62,133 nt of DNA from Nitrospirota bacterium (GCA_005877615.1 VBOD01000109.1:1-62133); one strand, 5' to 3'. Positions 51,113 through 60,159 are shown, counted from the stretch's first letter. Notes: generated from the letters alone by a model not told the origin. Numbers and translations: made by a program.

Positions 51113-51877
51113 TTACGCGTTCGGCGGGGTCCAGCCCAGACTCGACAGCGCCCCCTCCGCCGTTTCCCGAACCATGTCATTCTCATCCTCGAGCAGTGGG
51201 AGGAGATCCTCGACCGCTCGGCGGTCGCCGAGACGAGCCAGCGATTCCGCCGCGTTCCGCCGCACCAACCAGTCTTCGTCCCGCAGCGCCTCCCGCAAGC
51301 CGTCCAGCGCCCGCGTGTCTCCGATCAGCCCGAGAGCCTCAGCCGCGTGGCGTTTCACGATCCAGTTGCCGCTGGCCAGTCCCCGTAACAGTCCATCCAC
51401 GGCGCGGGGGTCCGGGATCTTCTTGAGCGCGCGCGCGGCTTCTTCCCGCACCGTCTGATCGAGCAGGGCCTCGATCAGCCCGTCCACCGCCCGCGGATCG
51501 CGGAGTTTCTCCAAGGCCAAGACCGCCGCCTGCCGCACCGCCCCATCCTGATCCTTGAGGGCGGCGATCAGCGGCTCGATGGCCCGTTCATCCTTGAGCG
51601 AGCCCAGGGCCTCCGCCGCCTGCTCGCGCACGGCCCAGTCGTCGTCTCGCAGGGCTTCGAGGAGCGCAGGGACCGCATCGGCGCCCACCTGCACCACCGC
51701 CTGCCGAGCCGCTTCCCGGATCACGCGGTCCTCGTCAGCGAACAGATTGATGAGACGTTCGATGGCCGCCGCCCCAAGCTGCCCGAGGCTGGCCACCGCG
51801 TGATCCCGTAGAGCCTCGTTGTCGTCGCGCAAGGCCGCGAGCAGCTGCTCGATGCGGCGGTCCGTCTCACCGCTCAT
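51113..51877 (-). CDS. HEAT-repeat protein 4 of 5
   Basis: Start trimmed to ATG 51877 (ATGA overlap with the upstream gene). I count 8 repeats of the type DxDWxVRxxAAxALGxxxDxRAVxxLIxAL. It ends in LGWTPPNA. Confidence 0.8.
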   Translation of the reverse strand: MSGETDRRIEQLLAALRDDNEALRDHAVASLGQLGAAAIERLINLFADEDRVIREAARQAVVQVGADAVPALLEALRDDDWAVREQAAEALGSLKDERAIEPLIAALKDQDGAVRQAAVLALEKLRDPRAVDGLIEALLDQTVREEAARALKKIPDPRAVDGLLRGLASGNWIVKRHAAEALGLIGDTRALDGLREALRDEDWLVRRNAAESLARLGDRRAVEDLLPLLEDENDMVRETAEGALSSLGWTPPNA

Positions 51878-53046
51878 ATGATGATGCCCCCCTTCGGCGC
51901 ACCTGGGCCCGCCGCTGGGCGTGGCGCAGGAGCCGGCACCTCTTCGTCCCACTCATCGCGCTCCACCGTTTCTTCTTTCTGCTGCATCCCCTGCTCACTC
52001 ATGAGCTTGTCCAACTTGTCGAGGATCAACCCGCCGTGATAGCTCACCAGCCCATCCCGATCCGACTTCATCCGCTTGATGAGCTCGATATGGGGTAGGA
52101 GCACACTCACGTCCTTGATCTTGGACAGCCCCTCGGACGCGGCCAGGCGCGTCGTCGGGACATTGACGGCCTCGACCAGCACCTCGACCGCGCGCGCATC
52201 GCCGAACTCGCCCAACGCCTTGATGCAACTCTCGCGGACGCCCATATCGCGGTCGGCCTTCGCCTTGCGGAGCAAGGGCTCGACAGCCCTCAGGTCCCCG
52301 ATGAGTCCCAAGGCCTGCGCCACCACTTCACGGACCATCCAATGCCCGTCCTCCAAGGCCTCCCGGAGATCTGAGACTGCTGGACGCCCCAGAGCCATCA
52401 GGTTCATCACGACTCCGACCCGCGCTTCCTCCAAGGCGACCGTGTCCTCGAGGTCGCGCAAGCCGTTCAGGATGCCCTCGATCCGCTCTCGGAGCTCGCC
52501 GATGTGCTTGAGCGACCGTGAGGCAATGACGCGGAGGTCGGGATCGCCCATGGCTTCGATCCAGGCGTCGGCGCTCCGAGGATCCGCCAGTTGTTCCAGG
52601 GCCTCGGCGGCCATCCGGCGTGCGGTCGGATCCTGGCTCTTGAGCATCGCGACCAGCGGCTCCAGCGCACCGGGGTCCTTCAAGCGGCCCAGAACCGCCG
52701 CGGCGGTATCGCGCGGTTCCGGCTCTTCCAGCAGCCGGACCAACGCGGCCAGTGCCGCATCATCGGCGACGTGCTGCAAGGCTTCTGCGGCCGCCGTTCG
52801 GACAATCGGTTCAGGATCCGTGAGGAGCTTGACAATAGGGACGCCGGCGGTTCGGTCCTTGATCCGCCCCAGCATGAGCGCCGCCTCGGCGCGCACGCGG
52901 GGGTTCTCATCGGCCAGCACCACGAGCAGGTGCCGCACGGCCTCCGGTCCGCGCTTCAGGAGCTCGGCGGTCGCGTTCATCCGCTTCCAGTCTTCCTCGT
53001 GGATGAGCTCCTTGACCAGGTCCTCTGTCTTATCTCGCTTGGCCAT
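51874..53046 (-). CDS. HEAT-repeat protein 3 of 5 (acidic/Pro-rich C-terminal tail)
   Basis: 390 aa with repeats such as NPRVRAEAALMLGRIKDRTAGVPIVKLL and DPTARRMAAEALEQLADPRSADAWIEAM. The tail is ERDEWDEEVPAPAPRPAAGPGAPKGGIII. Confidence 0.8.
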   Translation of the reverse strand: MAKRDKTEDLVKELIHEEDWKRMNATAELLKRGPEAVRHLLVVLADENPRVRAEAALMLGRIKDRTAGVPIVKLLTDPEPIVRTAAAEALQHVADDAALAALVRLLEEPEPRDTAAAVLGRLKDPGALEPLVAMLKSQDPTARRMAAEALEQLADPRSADAWIEAMGDPDLRVIASRSLKHIGELRERIEGILNGLRDLEDTVALEEARVGVVMNLMALGRPAVSDLREALEDGHWMVREVVAQALGLIGDLRAVEPLLRKAKADRDMGVRESCIKALGEFGDARAVEVLVEAVNVPTTRLAASEGLSKIKDVSVLLPHIELIKRMKSDRDGLVSYHGGLILDKLDKLMSEQGMQQKEETVERDEWDEEVPAPAPRPAAGPGAPKGGIII

Positions 53047-53055
53047 GCCTGCCGG

Positions 53056-54366
53056 TCAGCCTTTGGCTCCCTCCGCGGTGGTCTTGTCGGGCGCGCCTTC
53101 CTGGCCCTCTTCGGGCGGCGTCCAGCCAAGCTGCATCAGAATATCCATCACCAGGGCCCGCAAGGAGGCCGCGGCGTCCAGGCGATTGGAGGCGAACGAC
53201 ATGACGTTCTCGCTGAGCTGCTCGACTTTGGACGCCTCGGGATCGTTGATGAAGTCCACCAGCATGTCGATGATCTGCGGACCCAGCTCGATCAGCGCCT
53301 GGGACGCCTTCTCGCGCAGCCGCGTGTCTTTCAGGGCCTGGCACAGAGCCGGCACGCTGCGGAGATCGTTGATATGCCCCAAGGCCAGCGCCGCCTGCTC
53401 CCGGATGAACCATTCCTCGCTGACGATACAGCCCGGCATCGGCGTCCCCTTGAGATTGATCCCCACGCCTTCCAAGACCCGGATCAGGGGTTCGACCGAG
53501 CGGGGATCGGCGATCATGCCCAAAGCCATGATCGCCCGCACCCGGACGGCACCGTCCTGCATCGCTTCGATGAGCGCTGGCACGGCGCTGGGATCGCCGA
53601 TCATGCCCAGCGCGATGGCCGCGTCTTCCCGTACCGCGCGGTCCTTATCCTTCAAGAGCGCGATGAGATGGGGCACGGGGCGGGAATCCCGCAACCATGA
53701 TCGGCCTGTGGGATAGTCGCTGGTGATCCCGCCCAACGCCTGTACGGAATGCAGCCGGACCTGGAAGTTTTCATCCTTGAGGCCTTCGATCAAAGGCGCG
53801 ACCGTCGGCTCTCCGATCTGCGTGAGGGCAATGGTCGCGGCGACGCGCACTAGCTTGGAGGTATCCTTGAACAGGGCCATCAGGCCCTTGGTGGCCTTCG
53901 GATCGCCGATCCGCCCCAGCGCCTCAGCCGCGATAGTGCGAACAGACCCGTCCCGGTCCCGTAAGGCAGCGATCAGCGGGTCCACGGCACGCTTGTCCTT
54001 GAGCAGTCCCAGCGCTTTGGCCGCGCCCTCCCGGACCCGCCAGCGCTCGTCGCGCAGGGCAGCGATCAGGCGCTCGACGGCCGGCGTGCCGCTCGTCACG
54101 AAGTCTTCCACGGCCCCATCCCGGCATTCCTTAATGGTGTCGCCCAGCATCGGGATCAGGGCCTCGATCACGCGCGGCCCACCGATCTTCGCCAGCGCGT
54201 GGCCCGCGTGCATACGGACAGACCAGTAATCATCCTGCAAAGCCTCGATCAAGGCATCCGTGGCGACGGGGTCGGCCAGCTTGATCAGGGCTTGCGCGGC
54301 CTCTTCCCGCGTCGCATCATCCGGGTCTGCCAACGCTTCCAGCCAGTCCGCCAGTTTGTTCGCCAT
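53056..54366 (-). CDS. HEAT-repeat protein 2 of 5
   Basis: 436 aa with repeats such as DERWRVREGAAKALGLLKDKRAVDPLIAAL and DRDGSVRTIAAEALGRIGDPKATKGLMAL. The C-terminus contains LGWTPPEE. Confidence 0.8.
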   Translation of the reverse strand: MANKLADWLEALADPDDATREEAAQALIKLADPVATDALIEALQDDYWSVRMHAGHALAKIGGPRVIEALIPMLGDTIKECRDGAVEDFVTSGTPAVERLIAALRDERWRVREGAAKALGLLKDKRAVDPLIAALRDRDGSVRTIAAEALGRIGDPKATKGLMALFKDTSKLVRVAATIALTQIGEPTVAPLIEGLKDENFQVRLHSVQALGGITSDYPTGRSWLRDSRPVPHLIALLKDKDRAVREDAAIALGMIGDPSAVPALIEAMQDGAVRVRAIMALGMIADPRSVEPLIRVLEGVGINLKGTPMPGCIVSEEWFIREQAALALGHINDLRSVPALCQALKDTRLREKASQALIELGPQIIDMLVDFINDPEASKVEQLSENVMSFASNRLDAAASLRALVMDILMQLGWTPPEEGQEGAPDKTTAEGAKG

Positions 54367-54368
54367 GG

Positions 54369-55502
54369 TTAGACGCCTTCTTTCATCGTGGGCGCGGGTC
54401 GCCAGCCGACCGCAGACAGGATCCCCCGCGCGTGAAATAGGATATTGGAATCGGTCTCGGTCTTCATCGCCGCCAGCAGCGGCGCCGCGATCCGAAGACC
54501 CATCTTGCTCAGGGCAGATGCAGCGGCGGCGCGGAGCCGGGTGTCCTTGAGCGCGCGGATGAGGGGCTCGATCGCACGCTCGTCCCCGATCTCGGAAAGC
54601 CCGCCGATAGCAAAGATCTGCACTTCCATCTCCTCCACATCCAGTTCGCCAGACTCGTCTCCGCAGACGGGCACCTTGCGGGCATTGGCCGGGCGGTTCT
54701 TCCCAGAGACCACATCAATCAAGATCGGGACGGCCCGACGGTCCTTGAGCCTGCCCAGCGCATCCACCGCATAGGGCCTGACCGAGAGATCCGTGACGGC
54801 CTTCGCCAGAGCTTCGAACGCCGCGGGGGGACCGATGCTCCCCAGCGCCTTCGCCGCATCCTGCCGGACTGCCGTGTCCCGGTCGTGGAGCATCACCTCG
54901 CACAACGGCGCGACGGCTTCCTCGGCGCCGATTTTTCCCAACGCCTCGCAGGCATGGAGGCGCAAGATCCATTCCTCATGCCGCAAGGCCGCCAGCAGGG
55001 TCGCCACCGCCGGCCGGCCGATCTCGGCCAGGGCGTCCGTCGCATCCACTCGCACCGCCTTGACCGAGTCCATGAGCAGCGGGATCAGGTGGCGGACAGC
55101 CCGCTCGTCACCCAGGTTGCCTAGCGCCTTGGCGGCATGCATCCGCATAATCCAGTTCTTGCTCGTCAGGCAGCCGATCAACGGCTCCACCGCCTCAGGC
55201 GCCGCCACGTCCTTGAGGATCGCCACGGCCGCTTCCTGCACGTTGCTATTGGGGTCCTGCAAAGCCGCGAGCAACGCCGGCGCAGCCGCCGGCCCGATCT
55301 TCCGCAAGGCCGTCGTCGCGGCATCCCGCACGGCGCGATCTTTGTCGTGAAGCGCCTCCACGAGCGGGCCGACCGCCCGGGGGTCGCGGAAATCCCCCAG
55401 CAGCGTCGCCGCCTCTTCCCGCAGCGCCCAGTCCTCATCCTTCAGCGCCGCGATTTCTTCCAGCACCCGATCACTCATACGCCAAATTGCCCACGTTAGC
55501 AC
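54369..55502 (-). CDS. HEAT-repeat protein 1 of 5
   Basis: 377 aa from the GTG at 55502, or from ATG 55478 (MSDRVLEEIAALKDEDWALREEAATLLGDFRDPRAVGPLVEAL...). The C-terminus contains VGWRPAP. It begins 33-57 nt after the polA stop. Confidence 0.8.
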   Translation of the reverse strand: MLTWAIWRMSDRVLEEIAALKDEDWALREEAATLLGDFRDPRAVGPLVEALHDKDRAVRDAATTALRKIGPAAAPALLAALQDPNSNVQEAAVAILKDVAAPEAVEPLIGCLTSKNWIMRMHAAKALGNLGDERAVRHLIPLLMDSVKAVRVDATDALAEIGRPAVATLLAALRHEEWILRLHACEALGKIGAEEAVAPLCEVMLHDRDTAVRQDAAKALGSIGPPAAFEALAKAVTDLSVRPYAVDALGRLKDRRAVPILIDVVSGKNRPANARKVPVCGDESGELDVEEMEVQIFAIGGLSEIGDERAIEPLIRALKDTRLRAAAASALSKMGLRIAAPLLAAMKTETDSNILFHARGILSAVGWRPAPTMKEGV

Positions 55503-55535
55503 ACGGTTTTAAGACCGGTCAACAGCGTGAAAACG

Positions 55536-58211
55536 TCAGGGATGGGCTTCGCGCCAGTTGCGGCCGACGCCCACATCCACCTTGAGCGGCACCGCCAGTG
55601 TCACGACCCGTTCCATCTCTTCGACCACGACCTTGCGGACCGCTTCGATTGCGCCCCCCGTCACCTCGAAGATCAGTTCGTCATGGACCTGCAGGATCAT
55701 CTTCGCCGCGGCCACTTCTGCTTGCAGCCGGCCCCGGACGGCCAGCATGGCGAGCTTGATCACGTCCGCCGCCGTGCCCTGGATCGGCGTGTTCATTGCC
55801 ATCCGTTCACCCATGCTGCGCTGGGTCGGATCGCCGCTCTGCAACTCCACGATCGGACGGCGGCGTCCCAACAACGTCGTGACGTAGCCTTTCTCTTTCG
55901 CCTCGGCGATGGTCCTGTCTAAGAAGCCCTTCACGCCCTGAAACTTCGTGAAGTACGCGTCGATATATTTTCTGGCTTCTTGCTGGGAAATCCCCAACTG
56001 GGAAGAGAGCCCGTACGGACTGATGCCGTAGATGATGCCGAAGTTCACCGTCTTGGCCACCCGGCGCATGTCCTTGGTGATCCGCGCGGCCGGCAGATTG
56101 AAGATCTCCACCGCGGTCGCCGTATGGATATCGTCCCCACGGGCAAAGGCCCCGATGAGAACGGGATCTTGCGAGAGATGCGCGAGGATGCGCGGCTCGA
56201 TCTGGTTGTAGTCGGCCGACAGGAGGAGTGAACCGGGCTCCGCCACGAAGGCTTCGCGGATGCGCATCCCCCATTCCCCCTTGACCGGGATGTTCTGGAG
56301 ATTCGGCTCGGAGGAGGAGAGACGTCCCGTCGCCGTGATCGTCTGGTTCAGGGACGTATGCAGACGTCCAGTCTCGGGACGCACGAGCAGCGGCAGGGCG
56401 TCCACATAGGTGGACTTCAACTTGCTGAGGCTGCGGTAGTTCAGGATCTCGGCCGGCAGGTCGTGCTGGAGGGCTAGCTGCGTGAGGACCTCCTCATCCG
56501 TGGAATAGCCGGTCTTGGTTTTTTTGACCGGCGGGAGCTTGAGCTTCTCGAACAGGACCTCGCTGAGCTGTTTGGGCGAATTGACGTTGAACTCGGTGCC
56601 GGCCTTCCGGTAGATCTCATCGAGGATCCGGTCAAGCTGGCTTTCCAGCTCCTTCGACAATCGGGCCAAGACGTCGGTGTCCACCCGGAACCCCGTCGCC
56701 TCCATCTCGCCCAGCACCACGGTGAGGGGGAGCTCCACCCGCTCGAACAGATCACGCATGCCCGCGGCCTCTAGCTTCTCGGCCAGGATCGCCCGCAGGC
56801 GCGCGATGGCCGAGGCCGCCCTGGCGGCCCTCGTCGCGGTTTCTCCGGGATCGGGGTGCTCGAAGAGATCCCCTTTCTTCGGTTTCTTCTCAAGCGGCGC
56901 GTGGCCCAACGACTCGGCGAGATACTCCTGGGCGAGCGTTTCCAGGGCAGGACTCCGTCGGTTGGGGTTCAGCAGGTAGCCGGCCAGCATCGTATCGAAG
57001 CGCGGAGTCAATCGGACGCCAATCCGTCGCAGCGCCAGCCAGGCGGCCTTGGCGTCGTGGACATAGACCTGCACGGTCGGATCCTCCAGCACCGGGCGAA
57101 GATCCGCCAGGCCATCCTCTCCTGGAAAATACGAGGCCTGGCCAGGGCCTGCGCACACGCCGATGCCGCGCACGGCGGCCCCGAACGGATCGTCCCCAAC
57201 AAGGTCGCAGTGGATGGCCACTTCCGCCGCATCCCTGATGGCTTGCACCAGACGCGAGCGGTCGGCAGGATCGTCGAGGACGGCCATCCGTTCTTCGTGA
57301 CGGAGCTCTCCCCCAATCGGCTTGTGCAGCATGTTAAGCAGGCCCCAGAACTCCAGCTCGCGATAGAGCGCGATGAGCTCGTCGGTCCGGACATCGCCGA
57401 GGCGAAACCGCTCGCGCTCGAAAGTCACCGGACAATCCGTGACGATGGTCGCCAGCTTCCGGCTCTGGCGCGCCTCGTCCGCATGCGCTTCCAGGAGGCC
57501 CCGGAGCTTGTCCCCCTTCACCTCGGACAGGTGTGCGAGGAGGTTCTCGATGGTGCCGAACTCGGCAATGAGCTTCTTCGCTGTCTTCTCGCCGATGCCC
57601 TTGACGCCGGGAATGTTGTCGGTGGCGTCCCCCATGAGACCCATGACCTCGACGACTCGCGCCGGCTCAACGCCGAACCGGTCCAGGCAGTCCTCCTCGG
57701 TCAGGAACTTGTCCTTGACGGGATCATAGATGCGGACCGCCGGCGACAGCAGTTGGAACATGTCTTTGTCACCGGTCACGATGACCACCTCCAGTCCCTG
57801 CGACGAGGCCTGCGCCGCCAGGGTACCGATGAGGTCGTCGGCCTCGTAACCGGCCAGCTTGACGACCGGGATCGCGAATGCTTCGACTACCCGATGGATG
57901 TAAGGGATCTGCCTCGACAGCGCGTCCGGCATCGGTGGCCGGTGTGCCTTGTACTCCTTGAACTCCGCGTGCCGGAGGGTGGGCCCCTTCTCGTCGAACG
58001 CCACGGCGAGGTACTGGGGGCGGCGCTCGCGGATGATCTTCTGCAGCATCGTGGTGAACCCGTAGACGGCATTCGTCGGAACCCCCGTTGTGGTGGAGAG
58101 ATCGGGAAGCGCAAAGAAGGCACGGTAGAGGTAGGCGCTGCCGTCAATGAGGTAGAGGACCGGACGCTCCGTCATCAGGCCCATCGTAGCACTGCGTGTT
58201 GGTGGGGACAA
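55536..58211 (-). CDS. polA: DNA polymerase I (5'-3' exonuclease, 3'-5' exonuclease-like and polymerase domains)
   Basis: 891 aa with LYLIDGSAYLYRAFFAL, DNIPGVKGIGEKTA, SADYNQIEPRILAH and QVHDELIFE. The true start is probably ATG 58184 or 58175. Confidence 0.97.
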   Translation of the reverse strand: MSPPTRSATMGLMTERPVLYLIDGSAYLYRAFFALPDLSTTTGVPTNAVYGFTTMLQKIIRERRPQYLAVAFDEKGPTLRHAEFKEYKAHRPPMPDALSRQIPYIHRVVEAFAIPVVKLAGYEADDLIGTLAAQASSQGLEVVIVTGDKDMFQLLSPAVRIYDPVKDKFLTEEDCLDRFGVEPARVVEVMGLMGDATDNIPGVKGIGEKTAKKLIAEFGTIENLLAHLSEVKGDKLRGLLEAHADEARQSRKLATIVTDCPVTFERERFRLGDVRTDELIALYRELEFWGLLNMLHKPIGGELRHEERMAVLDDPADRSRLVQAIRDAAEVAIHCDLVGDDPFGAAVRGIGVCAGPGQASYFPGEDGLADLRPVLEDPTVQVYVHDAKAAWLALRRIGVRLTPRFDTMLAGYLLNPNRRSPALETLAQEYLAESLGHAPLEKKPKKGDLFEHPDPGETATRAARAASAIARLRAILAEKLEAAGMRDLFERVELPLTVVLGEMEATGFRVDTDVLARLSKELESQLDRILDEIYRKAGTEFNVNSPKQLSEVLFEKLKLPPVKKTKTGYSTDEEVLTQLALQHDLPAEILNYRSLSKLKSTYVDALPLLVRPETGRLHTSLNQTITATGRLSSSEPNLQNIPVKGEWGMRIREAFVAEPGSLLLSADYNQIEPRILAHLSQDPVLIGAFARGDDIHTATAVEIFNLPAARITKDMRRVAKTVNFGIIYGISPYGLSSQLGISQQEARKYIDAYFTKFQGVKGFLDRTIAEAKEKGYVTTLLGRRRPIVELQSGDPTQRSMGERMAMNTPIQGTAADVIKLAMLAVRGRLQAEVAAAKMILQVHDELIFEVTGGAIEAVRKVVVEEMERVVTLAVPLKVDVGVGRNWREAHP

Positions 58212-58216
58212 GCTGG

Positions 58217-58245
58217 TTTACTGGTCCAGGCGAGGGCTGTATAAT
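58217..58245 (+). promoter_or_regulatory. Promoter with perfect -10, positioned for a leaderless mRNA
   Basis: TTTACT-17 nt-TATAAT, then 7 nt (accgctg) to ATG 58253. No Shine-Dalgarno is present. Confidence 0.45.
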
Positions 58246-58252
58246 ACCGCTG

Positions 58253-58624
58253 ATGCTGACACTCACTTCACGGACGCACTCACGCTCAGGCGCCTTCCTT
58301 TCTCTGGCGATGACGGCAGCGTTAGCATGGGCCTTCACCGGCACTGGCACGGCGCAGGCCGCCGGGCCAGCGGCCGCCTCGCCTCAAGTTGAGATCAAGA
58401 AACACTCGACCGGCAAGGAAGCCACGATCACGTATGGCGACGGAGAGTGGTTCATTCATATCGACGTCGACCAGGACCGGACCATGATCATCCGGACCGA
58501 ATCCCACAACGGCAAGGAGACCAAAAACCAGCCGGAGATCGTCGAGCGTCCGATGTCGAACGCTGAAGTGGATCGCATCATCAACGACTGGGTCAGCGGC
58601 ATAAAATCCACCCTCAAGCCGTGA
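58253..58624 (+). CDS. Hypothetical small exported protein
   Basis: Start trimmed to MLTLTSRTHSRSGAFLSLAMTAALAWAFTGTGTAQA (signal peptide with AQA cleavage motif). No family recognised. Confidence 0.55.
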   Translation: MLTLTSRTHSRSGAFLSLAMTAALAWAFTGTGTAQAAGPAAASPQVEIKKHSTGKEATITYGDGEWFIHIDVDQDRTMIIRTESHNGKETKNQPEIVERPMSNAEVDRIINDWVSGIKSTLKP

Positions 58625-59058
58625 CCACCCCGAGCCCTCCGGTGAAGAAACCCAAGTTCGTCATCTTCGCCCACGGCGGCACCTACGACAAACTCTACCA
58701 GGCTGCCACGATCGGCATGACGGCCGCGGCGATGGGCAAGGACGTCTACGTCTTCCTGATGTTCTGGGCGATCAAGAAGCTGGCGATGGGCGAGCTGGAC
58801 AAGATCGACTTCTCACCGGCCTACGAGGACCACGCCGAGGAAGTGGCCCGCGCGATGATCGAGAAGAAGGTGCCGAAGATCACCGAGATGTTCGCGGAAG
58901 CCAAGCAGGTGGGCAGCTTCAAGGTCATCGCCTGCAGCGCCGGCCTGGAATACATGAGCGTGAAGTACGAGGACCTGGCTACCAAAGTGGACGAGGTGTT
59001 GGGCCTGCCGCTCATCCTGAACCTGGCTGCCGACGCCGAAACGACCCTGTTCATTTGA
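58621..59058 (+). CDS. DsrE/DsrF-like family protein
   Basis: 145 aa. KFVIFAHGGTYDKLYQAATIGMTAAAMGKDVYVFLMFWAI...VIACSAGLEYM fits the DsrE-like pattern with a conserved Cys. The GTG start overlaps the upstream stop (GTGA). Confidence 0.65.
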   Translation: MTTPSPPVKKPKFVIFAHGGTYDKLYQAATIGMTAAAMGKDVYVFLMFWAIKKLAMGELDKIDFSPAYEDHAEEVARAMIEKKVPKITEMFAEAKQVGSFKVIACSAGLEYMSVKYEDLATKVDEVLGLPLILNLAADAETTLFI

Positions 59059-59060
59059 AG

Positions 59061-59137
59061 AACGTTAAACGTTATTCGTTAAACGGAGAAAGGCACGAAA
59101 TCCCATTCTTCACGTATAACGTTTAACGATTAACGTG
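59061..59137. repeat. AT-rich imperfect inverted repeat built from heptad AACGTT-type units; probable terminator for the plus-strand operon
   Basis: Left arm aacgtt-aaacgtt-attcgtt-aaacgg (59061..59086) and right arm cacgt-ataacgt-ttaacga-ttaacgt-g (59111..59137). By hand alignment about 21 of 26 positions pair. The loop is 24 nt and the right arm is followed by TTTTA. Confidence 0.6.
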
Positions 59138-59139
59138 TT

Positions 59140-59799
59140 TTACCGCGACTTCACCACTCCTACCCGGTCGCAGTAGCGCGCCAGCTTGCACTGACTGCAC
59201 CGCGGCGAGACCGGCGTGCAGACATTCTGGCCGAACGGCACCAGCAGGTCGTTGTAGATCATCCAATAGCGGCGCGGCAGTTTGCGTCGCAGCACCTGCT
59301 CGCTCTGTTCGGGGGTCTTAGTCCGGATGTAGCCCCAGCGGTTGCTGATGCGGTGAACATGGACATCCACGCAGATCCCCGGTTTCCGAAACCCAAGGGT
59401 CACCACCAGATTGGCGGTCTTGCGGCCCACCCCCTTCAGCGTGAGCAGCTCCTCGATGGAATCGGGGACCTGCCCCCCGTAGCGCGTCAGGAGATCCCGG
59501 CAGATGTCGTGGATGTGCCGTGCTTTGGTGCGATAGAACCCGACGGGATAGATGGCGCGCTCGATCGTCCGGCGCGGGACCTTCAGCATGGCTTCCGGCG
59601 TGGTGGCGAGCCGGAACAGTCGGGCCGATGCCTCGGCCGTTGTCTGATCCTTGGTCCGGAGGCTCAGGACGGTGGAGATCAAGATCTGAAAGGGATCGCG
59701 GCGCGATGCTTTGGCGACAACGCCCACGATCGGTTCCTGCCAGCGACGGACCTCGCGCTTGAGGATCCGGATGCAGGCGTCGATATTGTGGTCCTTCAC
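59140..59799 (-). CDS. nth: Endonuclease III (DNA glycosylase/AP lyase)
   Basis: 219 aa with HhH LKGVGRKTANLV, the catalytic DVHVHR region and the FeS cluster loop C-x6-C-x2-C-x5-C (CTPVSPRCSQCKLARYC). Confidence 0.93.
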   Translation of the reverse strand: MKDHNIDACIRILKREVRRWQEPIVGVVAKASRRDPFQILISTVLSLRTKDQTTAEASARLFRLATTPEAMLKVPRRTIERAIYPVGFYRTKARHIHDICRDLLTRYGGQVPDSIEELLTLKGVGRKTANLVVTLGFRKPGICVDVHVHRISNRWGYIRTKTPEQSEQVLRRKLPRRYWMIYNDLLVPFGQNVCTPVSPRCSQCKLARYCDRVGVVKSR

Positions 59800-59853
59800 A
59801 TCGGGTGAGCAGCGAGACGCGGTGGGAGAGCGTTCAGATTTCGGGAGGGACGC

Positions 59854-60048
59854 TTACTCGGATTTGTGCTTGGCCAGCCACTTCTGGCGCCGGCGCTGGG
59901 CTTCACGCTCCTTGTTCTTTCTCTTGAGGCTCGGCTTTTCGTAAAACCGGCGGCGCTTGAGCTCCCTGAACAGCCCTTCGCCAGCCAGCTTCTTCTTGGC
60001 GATCTTCAGGGCCTTCTCGACGTTGTTATTAAAAACCTTAATTTCCAT
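59854..60048 (-). CDS. rpsU: 30S ribosomal protein S21
   Basis: Start trimmed to MEIKVFNNNVEKALKIAKKKLAGEGLFRELKRRRFYEKPSLKRK. Confidence 0.9.
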   Translation of the reverse strand: MEIKVFNNNVEKALKIAKKKLAGEGLFRELKRRRFYEKPSLKRKNKEREAQRRRQKWLAKHKSE

Positions 60049-60159
60049 CCAGCGAACCCGCGCCCTCCTTCCTCGTTGAAACGAGACGGAATCTAGCACA
60101 GAGGCACGAAGAAGAGCAAGGGCTTCGCTTGCCGTCGTATCGAGAGCCGGACTACGGTA

